Made by a program: the position numbers and the translations under genes
Part shown: one piece after another, positions 1 through 9,530 of the stretch
Layout of the letters: each line of letters starts with the position of its first letter
Numbering within the stretch: the stretch's first letter is position 1
Assembly (NCBI GenBank): GCA_965612795.1
Contig: CBFDTI010000002.1
Coordinates: 1-60,912 of the forward strand
Direction: 5' to 3'
Length of the DNA: 60,912 nt
From: an uncultured bacterium
GTDB lineage: Bacteria > Hydrothermota > UBA3073 > NMUJ01
The notes under the pieces: generated by a model
Databases searched by the model: none
Told to the model about the DNA's origin: nothing
The model's input: only the letters and a program-made list of their open reading frames with translations

Positions 1-582
1 CTCTATCCCGGCAATAAAGTGTTATTGAAAAGTGTCCACCGTAACACACGTAAGACGGGATGGGACGTTATCGCAGCACGCTGTAACCGATATTGGGTGT
101 TGGTGCATTCAGGTTACCATCGTGGGATAGCCGAACGTATAATGGAAAATGAGAGGCTGAGCCCGTTCGGTAGGGTAACCGATATCAAGCCCGAAGTACA
201 GTATGGTGATAGTAAGTTCGATTTCCTTGTAGAGAAGGCAACCGGTACGAAAGTATGGGTTGAAGTCAAAGGCTGTACGCTGGCGGTTGATGGTATTGCT
301 ATGTTTCCCGATGCACCTACACAACGTGGTAGACGGCACCTTAAATTGCTAAGCTATATGAGTGAAAACAACCTACACACCGCGGTGTTGATACTGATAT
401 TTAGGCCGGATGCAAGATGTTTTGCACCCAATCATCACACGGATCCGAAGTTTGCAGATATATTCTGGTATGCATTGGATGTGGGGGTTAAGGTATACCC
501 CATAGTCCTGGAGTACGTGGATGCCAAGATATACTACAGGGGTGGGCTACCCATCTGTGGACGAAATAAGCTACACGCATAA
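1..582 (+). CDS. sfsA: SfsA-like (sugar fermentation stimulation) protein, 5' end cut by the window edge
   Basis: Frame 1 is open from nt 1. The translation follows the SfsA layout (KFDFLVE, VWVEVKGCTL, FPDAPTQRGRRHLKLL, AVLILIFRPD). The GTG at 19 is probably internal. Confidence 0.75.
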   Translation, partial: LYPGNKVLLKSVHRNTRKTGWDVIAARCNRYWVLVHSGYHRGIAERIMENERLSPFGRVTDIKPEVQYGDSKFDFLVEKATGTKVWVEVKGCTLAVDGIAMFPDAPTQRGRRHLKLLSYMSENNLHTAVLILIFRPDARCFAPNHHTDPKFADIFWYALDVGVKVYPIVLEYVDAKIYYRGGLPICGRNKLHA

Positions 583-591
583 CTTTACCCT

Positions 592-1467
592 ATGGAGGAA
601 CAGAAACGGTCGTATATCTATGCAACCGCGGCAGTATTGATATGGTCGACGGTTGCATCTGCGTTTAAGATAGCGCTTAGGTACATGAGTTTCCTGCAGC
701 TACTGTTATATGCAAGTATTGTGTCGATTGTGACACTTTTCGTCATCCTGGTGGTACAACGTAAGTTGACACTACTGAAACGATATTCCAGAGGCGATTA
801 TATGCGTTCAATAGGATTGGGGATTTTGAACCCATTCATGTACTATATTGTGTTGTTCAAGGCGTACTCAGTGTTACCTGCACAGGAGGCGATGACACTC
901 AACTACACGTGGCCGATAATGTTGGTACTGTTGTCGATACCTTTACTTAGGCAGCGGATAACCTGCAAACGTATCGTAGCGATCTGTATAAGCTTTGTAG
1001 GTGTTTGTATGATTGCGACACAGGGTAATATCCTGAGGTTTAGGTTTACCAACCCCGTAGGCGTGGGGTTGGCACTCGGTAGCGCATTAATATGGGCGTT
1101 GTTCTGGATATACAATGTTAGAGATGAGCGTGATGATGTGGTTAAGCTATTCCTGAACTTTGGGTTTGGGTTCGTTTTTATATTGATGGTTAACCTCATA
1201 TTTTCTGACATAACCGTACCTAACACAATGGGATTTATAAGTGCAACTTATGTGGGGTTGTTTGAGATGGGTGTCACATTTGTGATATGGTTGAAAGCAC
1301 TTAAGCTATCACAAACCACTGCACAGGTGAGCAACCTCATATACATGGTGCCATTTCTGTCACTTGTGGTGATACATTTTGTGGTGGGTGAAAGAATATC
1401 ACTCTATACCGTGGGTGGGTTAACCCTGATCATAACCGGTATCATAATACAAGAGTATAGCCGTTAG
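592..1467 (+). CDS. EamA/DMT-superfamily permease (about 10 TM helices)
   Basis: 291 aa, hydrophobic throughout, with two EamA-like halves. It starts 9 nt after the sfsA stop. Confidence 0.8.
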   Translation: MEEQKRSYIYATAAVLIWSTVASAFKIALRYMSFLQLLLYASIVSIVTLFVILVVQRKLTLLKRYSRGDYMRSIGLGILNPFMYYIVLFKAYSVLPAQEAMTLNYTWPIMLVLLSIPLLRQRITCKRIVAICISFVGVCMIATQGNILRFRFTNPVGVGLALGSALIWALFWIYNVRDERDDVVKLFLNFGFGFVFILMVNLIFSDITVPNTMGFISATYVGLFEMGVTFVIWLKALKLSQTTAQVSNLIYMVPFLSLVVIHFVVGERISLYTVGGLTLIITGIIIQEYSR

Positions 1468-1963
1468 TGGGTGTTTAAGTTGGATTTATAACTATCTTCC
1501 CATGAACAAAGAAGGACATAAAGGTTATGCCACCACCTATCGTGTATGTGAAGTGTATAGGGGGTAAGGTTACCCTCATGGATGGTGAACTTGACAAGTG
1601 ACAAATTTCCTAAAGCATTGCGGGCACTATAAAAAGGACAGCATGATGTGAATGTCGAAAATTCTTAGGACTTGACTTTGAATCTTTTCCCTTACGATAT
1701 GAAGAAGGTCATGGGATTCAAGTCCAGGAGAGTAGCCCGACAGCAGGCTGTTCTGATAAAGATAATTGTAATATTATCCTTCGATAAAGATGTGATCTCC
1801 TACACATCACATGGAGTACTGGAATCAATAACAGGCAAGCATCATAACGTGGTTATTATTTGTACAAATTAATGTCTTTAGTACATAATTGAAATGCCGG
1901 GGAAGTGGAGAATTTTTATCAACTCCAATGTGATGGATGCCAACCTATATCAAAGGGGGGATC

Positions 1964-2617
1964 ATGAAACTTAACGAGTACCTTGCACGATTCAATGAGC
2001 TGAAAATCTTGTACCAGAATGTGAAAGACAATTTCCTCAGTAGAGGGCTCGTTCATCACAATTGGAACCATATACTGAGAGATCTTGCCAGAGGTATCAT
2101 TATAGGTGAAAAGGAGCATGCAAATATGAAGATAGTGCTGGCATGCATTCTATTGCATGATATTGGTAGACTTTACCCTGAACTGGGTAAAAATTACCAT
2201 TCCGTAGGTACGGAAATAGCACCTAAGTACCTAATAAAGGCTGGTTTTACCGAAGATGAAATCGAAAGAATAATACATTGTATGAGGGCGTATGGACCCA
2301 GTGGGATAGAAGAACCCAAAACCTTAGAAGCAAGGGTATGCTATGATGTAGATGTACTCTCATGTACGGTGGGTTATATAGGGGTGGCGAGGACGTTCGA
2401 CTACTTTATGCGTGAAGAGGGTATGAACGTGAAACAGATAATGCAGGTACCAAGCCGCAAAAGGAAGTTGCGTGAAATCTTCTATACAGAAACCGGTAAG
2501 CAGCTCGGTGAGAAGGGATACAAGAAGGCGATCAGATTTTGGCAAAAGTTACACCAGGAGTTTGCAGAAGAAGAGCGTACCACAAAAGAGATCATACCAG
2601 ATTATGAGGGGGATTAA
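1964..2617 (+). CDS. HD-domain metal-dependent phosphohydrolase
   Basis: H..NH ... LLHDIGR motif. I prefer the ATG at 1964, preceded by GGGGGG, over the ORF-track start at 1937. Confidence 0.7.
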   Translation: MKLNEYLARFNELKILYQNVKDNFLSRGLVHHNWNHILRDLARGIIIGEKEHANMKIVLACILLHDIGRLYPELGKNYHSVGTEIAPKYLIKAGFTEDEIERIIHCMRAYGPSGIEEPKTLEARVCYDVDVLSCTVGYIGVARTFDYFMREEGMNVKQIMQVPSRKRKLREIFYTETGKQLGEKGYKKAIRFWQKLHQEFAEEERTTKEIIPDYEGD

Positions 2618-2693
2618 AGCTCATTTAAACGGAGCTGTTAAAGCATAACGTGGGCTCTTTAGTATGTTGAATTAGTTATCCTTTTCCCCTTGT

Positions 2694-4034
2694 TTACTCA
2701 GACTTCTTAGCTTGTTTGTATCTTTTGGCCTGTCCAGCTTTTTGGGCTTGTTTGGCCTCTTGGTGGTGTTTGGTCTTTTGTGGTTTCACACGCTGCTGTT
2801 TGATAAGTATCGGCACACCATCAAACCCCCACACCTCACGTATGCGGTTCTCCACCGCCCGTAGGTGCGACTTCCTAAGCTTCTTCTCCGTGTAGACCAC
2901 AAACACCTGTGGACCACGTGACACCTGCTGTATGTCACGTATACCGAAGTTACGTACGTGTGGTACTACCTTACGTTTGAGCTCACCATGTGGTACGAAC
3001 TTCTTCCACTCCTCATACACCGCAAACGCCTTATCTATCGGCAGGTATATATTATCACCCCTAAGTGCCGACACCGGTATGATAGGTATGAACGCAAACT
3101 CACCTCGTAACCTACCTGCCTCCACCTTACCTTTGTACAGGTCAACTTTATTTGCCAAAATCAATACGCTTTTGAGCTTATCACACACTATATCGATGAT
3201 ACGCTTATCCTGATGTGTCAGGTGTGAACTCGCATCCACCATCACAAATATGATATCCGCACGCTCTATCGTACGCATAGCACGTCGTACACTGTAGAAC
3301 TCGATACTCTCCTTGATACGTGCCTTACGACGTACACCTGGTGTATCAACGAATATTATCGGCCTACCTTTGTATTCCCAATATATATCACATGCATCAA
3401 TCGTTGTACCAGGTATTTCATCCACTATCATACGCTCTTCTTTGAGTAACGTATTCACATACGTGGATTTACCCACGTTAGGTCGACCAAATATTGCAAT
3501 CTTGAGCGCCTCCGCCCAGTGTTCAGCTTTACGTTTAGGTAGCTTCTCCACAAGCAGTTCTTTCAACCTGCGTATGTTATATCCACGTAATGCAGATATG
3601 GGTAACACCTCATCAAACCCCAACTTATAGAACTCCGGTACACCACGTTCCCAAGCATCGCTATCCACCTTATTCACAAGCAGGATGGTGGGTTTATCCC
3701 TTTCCTTCAGGTAACGTGCCAGCTCCTCATCCCATGGTGTGACACCATCCCTCACATCAGTCATGAAAAGTATAAGGTCACCTTTATCTATCATCTCACG
3801 CGTTTTCTGTTTAACCTTATCCTCAAGGTGTGCCACCCGCTGGTAGAAGAAGCCACCGGTGTCGAACAACCTGAAATGATAGCCGTCAATCTCAACTATG
3901 CGTTCGTTGCTATCCCTTGTAATACCAGGGGTGGGTGCCTCAACTGCTACACGTTCACGTACGAGCCGATTGAACAATGTTGACTTACCAACGTTCTCCC
4001 TACCAACGATGACAACCAGGGGTAGTTCAACCAT
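2694..4034 (-). CDS. der: Ribosome-assembly GTPase Der/EngA with a Lys-rich C-terminal tail
   Basis: Two tandem G domains (GRENVGKST..DTGG..NKVD and GRPNVGKST..DTPG..NKVD) followed by a KH-like domain. Confidence 0.92.
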   Translation of the reverse strand: MVELPLVVIVGRENVGKSTLFNRLVRERVAVEAPTPGITRDSNERIVEIDGYHFRLFDTGGFFYQRVAHLEDKVKQKTREMIDKGDLILFMTDVRDGVTPWDEELARYLKERDKPTILLVNKVDSDAWERGVPEFYKLGFDEVLPISALRGYNIRRLKELLVEKLPKRKAEHWAEALKIAIFGRPNVGKSTYVNTLLKEERMIVDEIPGTTIDACDIYWEYKGRPIIFVDTPGVRRKARIKESIEFYSVRRAMRTIERADIIFVMVDASSHLTHQDKRIIDIVCDKLKSVLILANKVDLYKGKVEAGRLRGEFAFIPIIPVSALRGDNIYLPIDKAFAVYEEWKKFVPHGELKRKVVPHVRNFGIRDIQQVSRGPQVFVVYTEKKLRKSHLRAVENRIREVWGFDGVPILIKQQRVKPQKTKHHQEAKQAQKAGQAKRYKQAKKSE

Positions 4035-4038
4035 ATCA

Positions 4039-5292
4039 TCACGTTAGGAGCCGTTTCACCTTAGCGGCTGGAAACAGCACATTGTTGAGTATCAACCTAT
4101 ATCCTGGCGAATTCTTATGTAACCGCAAATCAGTCGGCGGGTCGCCCACCCTATGTGTGAAATCCTCCGGGTCGTGCCCACCCAAAAACGTAACAAACCC
4201 CTTACCCATATCCCGGTAGATGTATTTCACCTCCTCAGTACCTGGTATATCGGCAAGCACCACCACCTCATCCTTTATGAGGTTACGCCTAAACCCAGTT
4301 GTTTGACCGAGAAACTCCTTCACGTATCTCGTATGATCCTGTGTCAACAACGTCGGTATAGGGTCGTACTTGGCGTTGAACTCACGTAACACAAAATATA
4401 CGTTGGGGCCACGTCGATAGGCTTCACGTGACACATCAATATTTGAGTGACTATACACCAGCGGGTTGAGTTCCACCTGAAAATCCTTAAATGCGAACGT
4501 ATTCTTGTAGTTGAGGTGCTTCACACCCTCCATATCGACACCGTCACCATCCACCAGCGGCACAATATCTATACCCAACGCTGCCAATGCTATATCCAAC
4601 GTTTCGGTCGCTGAACACATCGCAAACAGGAATCCACCCTTAAGCACATACTCTTTGATCTTAACCGCTACTGCGTGTTTGAGTTGCCACACCTTTTTGA
4701 ACCCCAACCTTCTCGCCATCGCTTCATTTGTACGCACTTCTTGTTGGTACCATGGTGCATTGTGGAAAGATGCATAGAATTTACCATATTGGCCAGTAAA
4801 ATCCTCATGATGCAAGTGTAGCCAATCGTAATTGTCGAGTGCACCTGATAGCACCTCTTCATCCCAGATCTGATCGTATGGTATACCCGCATACGTTAAT
4901 GCAAGTGTCACTGCATCATCCCATGGTTCGTAGTTCGGCGGTATATATACCGCAATCTTGGGTGCCACCGTAAGCTCGACACGCTCCATGTTCTTCTCTT
5001 CTATCTCCATATATATCGCAGATTTCTGTGCTTCACCTATCTTCTCGTAATATACACCTTTAAGTATACAGTCTTTTACCACCCCATCATCAACCCGCAT
5101 GAGGAAGCTACCACCCCTGTAATTAAGTAACCACTCCACTGTTATACCACGCTGTAACGCACGATACACCACCCCATACGCACGTAGGTGATCTGTCTGC
5201 GTGTTGTCCATAGGTATCAACAGATACGTACCGGATAGCACCAGTGGTATCAACCCTATCAGAACTACTGCGATTTTGTTAAATTTTCCCAT
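4039..5292 (-). CDS. Conserved membrane-anchored protein of unknown function. As I recall, this family is often auto-annotated 'asparagine synthetase B' in Bacteroidota.
   Basis: N-terminal TM/signal anchor, then DHLRAYGVVYRALQRG..VEWLLNYRGGSFLM. No AsnB catalytic motifs are visible. The function is not supported. Confidence 0.45.
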   Translation of the reverse strand: MGKFNKIAVVLIGLIPLVLSGTYLLIPMDNTQTDHLRAYGVVYRALQRGITVEWLLNYRGGSFLMRVDDGVVKDCILKGVYYEKIGEAQKSAIYMEIEEKNMERVELTVAPKIAVYIPPNYEPWDDAVTLALTYAGIPYDQIWDEEVLSGALDNYDWLHLHHEDFTGQYGKFYASFHNAPWYQQEVRTNEAMARRLGFKKVWQLKHAVAVKIKEYVLKGGFLFAMCSATETLDIALAALGIDIVPLVDGDGVDMEGVKHLNYKNTFAFKDFQVELNPLVYSHSNIDVSREAYRRGPNVYFVLREFNAKYDPIPTLLTQDHTRYVKEFLGQTTGFRRNLIKDEVVVLADIPGTEEVKYIYRDMGKGFVTFLGGHDPEDFTHRVGDPPTDLRLHKNSPGYRLILNNVLFPAAKVKRLLT

Positions 5293-5879
5293 CTTTCACG
5301 TACCAACGGTGCATATATGGAGGTGGGATATTTCATCAAAAACTCTTCATATGTAGCTATCGCCTTATCCTTAAGCTTCATCCTCTCGTAAAGTATAGCC
5401 AGCTCATACAGTGCAACCTCTACACACCAATCCCCCACAAACCTATCCATTAACGTTTTATAACAGGTCTCTGCATCTTTCCACTTACGTAGGTTAGAGT
5501 ATATGCGCGCTTTGTCCAACAACACCTGAGGTTCCATCATCGGAAATACCCTCACCAGATTGTCGTACCCCTTTAGTGCACCCCGATAGTTACCACGCCG
5601 TAGCTCCCACCTAACCTTACCATACATTGAAACAGCCTCCCGTGGGTAACTGCGTATCACCATGAGCTTCGTCCATGCATCGTTGAAAAACATCGACCGT
5701 ACTGGTACACTTGCATAGTACTTAGCGGCTGAATCCACCTCACCCATGTAGAAGTATATCTCTGCACGATAGAACATACCCGTATCCGTGTATATTGTAT
5801 CCACGTATGTTAGTGCCTTATCCCATGCACCCGCCTTGATGTACGACTGCAGGCTACATACTAACAACAGTACAACCAT
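5265..5879 (-). CDS. TPR-repeat lipoprotein
   Basis: Signal peptide with lipobox (LLLVCS), then repeated A/Y/W-rich TPR-like helical pairs. It overlaps the downstream gene by 28 nt. Confidence 0.6.
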   Translation of the reverse strand: MVVLLLVCSLQSYIKAGAWDKALTYVDTIYTDTGMFYRAEIYFYMGEVDSAAKYYASVPVRSMFFNDAWTKLMVIRSYPREAVSMYGKVRWELRRGNYRGALKGYDNLVRVFPMMEPQVLLDKARIYSNLRKWKDAETCYKTLMDRFVGDWCVEVALYELAILYERMKLKDKAIATYEEFLMKYPTSIYAPLVRERWENLTKSQ

Positions 5880-5908
5880 CTATTTAATTTACCCATGTTA
5901 CAGGAAAA

Positions 5909-7588
5909 TCAACTTAGATACTCGTGTGCCATCGCTATGAAGCAAGCCGCCGTCCACCCATATGCAGGTACGTCGTTACCCTCACCGGTTATGGGGTTGT
6001 AATTCTCATACATACCGGGTGAGTTACTTATCAGCTTGCAAAACCTTCGTGCTATCTCACGTGCAAGCTCATGTCTACCTGCACGCTGTAACCCATCCAC
6101 TACCATATGAGTTACCGGCGCCCATATAGGGCCACGCCAGTAACCCTTGGGGTTGAACTTATCGCTATTTATCGCCTCTGTTGCTATACCATTATGGGTT
6201 AACATCGTATTACACAGGTTTTTGACCAAATGTTCAAAATACCTATCCGGTAGCTTATCACCCAACACTATTGGCATGTAATTGATGAGCGAGTTGCTGA
6301 CCACTTTACTATGTTGACCGCTCACACACGATACGAATCTATCACCCTCCCATAGGTGTGATAACAGCTTCTCCATTGTGTCTATTGCAAGTTCGTGCCA
6401 TCTGGTTGCACGGCTGGGTTTACCCAACCTATCCGCTATTTCACTTAACACCATAAGCTGTAACACAAGATATGCATTGAGGTCGGGTGTCTCAACCACA
6501 TCGCGTGTATCAAACACCGTAGCGTTATCCCAACCGCTTTCAACACCAAAATTATACTGACATATGCCATCAGTATCGTCGTCTCTCATGGTGAACCACC
6601 AATTAGTCCAATACTCGAGTCGTTCCAACACATCACATAATCTGCTTCTATCGGTGAAAAACTCGTTCTGCATCAACTTACTGTATGCCCAACCATGGCA
6701 CGGCGGTTTAGTGAACGCCCATAGTAAATGTGTATCCTTCACGTAATCTGGTAGCTTACCATCCGTAGCTTGATGGTCGAACATCACCATGAACTGCTCC
6801 CATGCCAGTTCCGGCATAGTATCACGTAACGCTATTGCGTGAAAACAATGATCCCACGCCCATATGCCGTTGGCCCAAAGTATATCGCCTACCTTATGGC
6901 GTTTTGAACATATCACAGTGTATCGCTGTAAACACCCCTCAGGTGCAACAGTGTTCACCCATAACACATACCATGCAAGCTTGGCCACCTCAACCAGCTC
7001 ATCCGGTAGGCTTGGTAGCTTAGCTTCCCACCTACTGTACAGCTTTTGGGTGGATTCAATCAACTCATCTACATCCACATACGTACATTCGGGTATAAAC
7101 TCGTGGTTAGCCTCCTCTATTGATGCAACAAACTTACCCGTATTGTCATGACGTAACCTGACCGTAACATATCCGTCGACATCGGATAGATCAAGCTCAC
7201 CCACAGCGGTTGAGATACCGAGCCATCGTCTTGCCTCCCATACGAGTAACTTAATACGCTGGTTATCAAGTTTAACCCCCCTACTGTATGTACCTGCATA
7301 AGGTACACGTAACTGTAGGTCACAACCATCACCTGCAACCACCAGCTGCTTATGTGACCTGAACACCATCCTTACACGCCACGATTTGGCTTTAAGCTCA
7401 ACACACCATGGATATGCTCGAATATCATACTGCTGGCCATCAGATGTAGGGCTAAACTTAAGCAATTTCGGCGATTTAGCATCACCATGCACAGTATAGA
7501 GGTATAGCTCGCCATCCTCTGGATCACGTGCGATAACAAGATACGACCCGTAGAAGCTAAATGGCAGTATGTTGAGGTCGATCTCCAT
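5909..7588 (-). CDS. (alpha/alpha)6-barrel glycoside hydrolase, GH63/GH37-like (mannosylglycerate hydrolase / glucosidase type)
   Basis: Motifs ESGWDNATVFD, YWRGPIWAPVTHMVVDGL and YENYNPITGEG..YGWTAA are typical of GH63/trehalase-like barrels. No signal peptide. Confidence 0.65.
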   Translation of the reverse strand: MEIDLNILPFSFYGSYLVIARDPEDGELYLYTVHGDAKSPKLLKFSPTSDGQQYDIRAYPWCVELKAKSWRVRMVFRSHKQLVVAGDGCDLQLRVPYAGTYSRGVKLDNQRIKLLVWEARRWLGISTAVGELDLSDVDGYVTVRLRHDNTGKFVASIEEANHEFIPECTYVDVDELIESTQKLYSRWEAKLPSLPDELVEVAKLAWYVLWVNTVAPEGCLQRYTVICSKRHKVGDILWANGIWAWDHCFHAIALRDTMPELAWEQFMVMFDHQATDGKLPDYVKDTHLLWAFTKPPCHGWAYSKLMQNEFFTDRSRLCDVLERLEYWTNWWFTMRDDDTDGICQYNFGVESGWDNATVFDTRDVVETPDLNAYLVLQLMVLSEIADRLGKPSRATRWHELAIDTMEKLLSHLWEGDRFVSCVSGQHSKVVSNSLINYMPIVLGDKLPDRYFEHLVKNLCNTMLTHNGIATEAINSDKFNPKGYWRGPIWAPVTHMVVDGLQRAGRHELAREIARRFCKLISNSPGMYENYNPITGEGNDVPAYGWTAACFIAMAHEYLS

Positions 7589-7681
7589 CCAAGTAAGCTA
7601 CTCCCACAAGTACGAAGTCAACCGTTTTATGATATTGACATACCCAACCATTAACTTACTTTGGGATGTTCATTACTTATC

Positions 7682-9397
7682 ATGCAATATTTAGCACCTG
7701 TAGATTGGCTTATTGTTTTCGGCTACATAATAGTGATTATCACAATAGGGGTGTACCTCTCCAAAAGGGCTACAAAGAATATCGAAAGCTATTTCGTTGC
7801 CAACCGCAAGCTACCATGGTGGTTGTTAGGTACATCCATGGTAGCAACAACGTTTGCTGCAGATACACCATTAGCAGTAAGTGGCTTGGTAAGGACGAAA
7901 GGTATTGCCGGCAACTGGTACTGGTGGAGTGGTGCCATGGCTGGCATGCTGGGCGTATTCTTCTATTCCAAGCTATGGCGTAGATCGAAGATACTCACCG
8001 ATACGCAGTTTGCTGAACTTAGATATTCCGGTAGACCGGCCAGCATATTGCGTGGCTTCCGTGCATTGTATTTCTCATTGGTTTACAACACGATAGTCAT
8101 GGGTTGGGTGATGTTAGCCATGGCAAAGATACTGGGTGGCGTGCTGGGGTTACCAAAATGGCAAGCAGTCGCCGTCTGTTACGTTATTGCCGTGGTCTAT
8201 ACATCGCTATCCGGGCTATGGGGAGTGGTGGTGACCGATTTTATCGAATTCTGTACTGCAATGTTCACATCGATATTGTTGGCCATCATCGCAGTCAATA
8301 AGTTCGGTGGTATAGCCGCCGTTTTGGCTAACCTGAACACCATATGTGGTGTGGAACGTACCACAAGTATCACTGCAATTCTGCCACTACACTCGACACT
8401 GTTGCCGATTGGGTTCTTCCTGATCTATGTTGGGTTACAGTGGTGGACTACAGGTAACACCGACGGTGGTGCATATTTCGCACAACGTATGTTATCAGCC
8501 AAAGACGAACGTCATGCAAGGTTGGGCTTCCTCTGGGCTAACATCGCCCACTATTGTATACGTACATGGCCATGGATAGTGGTGGGCTTGGTAGCGATAG
8601 TCGCCTTCCCTCACCTGAAAGATCCTGAGATGGGTTACATAAAGGTGATGCTCAAGTTCCTACCTACGGGATTGCTGGGTCTCGCCATAGCTGGTTTTGT
8701 AGCTGCATTCCTATCCACTATTGATACGCAACTCAACTGGGGTGCATCTTATCTGATTAACGATTTCTATCGCAGATTCATCGTAAAGAATGCATCCGAA
8801 CGCCATTACGTGAGAGCATCCATTGTTGCTACTTTGATCATCGCCGGTATGGGTGCACTCGTCACGTTTATGATGACATCAATTTATGGTGCATGGACGA
8901 TCATCACCTCCGTCAATGCCGGTATCGGTGTGGTATATCTTCTACGCTGGTACTGGTGGCGTATCAATGCATGGAGTGAGATTGCTGCTATCACCACATC
9001 TGTGATTATGAGCGCTTACTTGGCGCTGTTTACATCGATAGAGTTTCCACAAACCCTACTCTATATTATCCCTGTTTCCGTAGGTGTATGGTTGACAGTG
9101 ACAATGCTTACCCCACCAGTAAGTACCGAAAAGCTAATAGAATTCTACAAACTCGTACGCCCCGGTGGCCCAGGTTGGAAACGGATACGTGCACTGATAC
9201 CAGGTACAGAGAACGATCGTATTGAACTCAGCAATCTCAAAGGGTTTATCGTATCAGTGATCGCTATATACTCGGCACTTATTGGGATAGGTAAGTTAAT
9301 CTTGGGTAATAAGCTCGTAGGGGTGTTGCTACTCTCTATCTCGTGCTTGATGGGATACCTTATCTATAAAGTATTTACCGAAACAGAAGCTCAGTAG
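7682..9397 (+). CDS. Sodium:solute symporter family (SSS) transporter
   Basis: About 13 TM helices, with FVANRKLPWWLLGTSMVATTFAADTPLAVSG. I prefer the ATG at 7682 over the TTG at 7661. Confidence 0.85.
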   Translation: MQYLAPVDWLIVFGYIIVIITIGVYLSKRATKNIESYFVANRKLPWWLLGTSMVATTFAADTPLAVSGLVRTKGIAGNWYWWSGAMAGMLGVFFYSKLWRRSKILTDTQFAELRYSGRPASILRGFRALYFSLVYNTIVMGWVMLAMAKILGGVLGLPKWQAVAVCYVIAVVYTSLSGLWGVVVTDFIEFCTAMFTSILLAIIAVNKFGGIAAVLANLNTICGVERTTSITAILPLHSTLLPIGFFLIYVGLQWWTTGNTDGGAYFAQRMLSAKDERHARLGFLWANIAHYCIRTWPWIVVGLVAIVAFPHLKDPEMGYIKVMLKFLPTGLLGLAIAGFVAAFLSTIDTQLNWGASYLINDFYRRFIVKNASERHYVRASIVATLIIAGMGALVTFMMTSIYGAWTIITSVNAGIGVVYLLRWYWWRINAWSEIAAITTSVIMSAYLALFTSIEFPQTLLYIIPVSVGVWLTVTMLTPPVSTEKLIEFYKLVRPGGPGWKRIRALIPGTENDRIELSNLKGFIVSVIAIYSALIGIGKLILGNKLVGVLLLSISCLMGYLIYKVFTETEAQ

Positions 9398-9404
9398 TTG
9401 CGGG

Positions 9405-9432
9405 TTGACAGCAATTTTACTCCTTTTATATT
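9405..9432 (+). promoter_or_regulatory. Candidate sigma70-type promoter of the T9SS/TBDR locus
   Basis: TTGACA (9405-9410), 16-nt spacer, TATATT (9427-9432), about 100 nt upstream of the 9531 start codon. Confidence 0.35.
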
Positions 9433-9530
9433 CTTTAGGAATGGATTGCATCCCAATTTATTATATTTTACGGGGATGGCCAATGTTTAACCATATAACT
9501 ATTAATTTGACTATATAGCTGGGAGGAGGG

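Noticed and set aside
1700-1740. tRNA T-arm-like string GGGATTCAAGTCC
   Set aside because: No complementary stem, acceptor or anticodon arm can be drawn around it, so it is not a tRNA, tmRNA or att fragment.
1672-1872. 66-aa ORF in the 1468-1963 gap
   Set aside because: TTG start, no SD, no motif. It is kept only as part of the unexplained-gap finding.
2694-2800. Lys/Gln-rich C-terminal tail of Der
   Set aside because: Basic tails are common on ribosome-associated GTPases, so this is not distinctive enough to flag.
7661-7681. Upstream alternative starts given by the ORF track here (7661) and at 12665, 46100, 50647, 54273 and 55517
   Set aside because: In each case a downstream ATG gives a proper signal peptide or N-terminus, or has a correctly spaced GGAGG. 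For the plus-strand cases, the upstream extension would overlap the neighbouring gene further.
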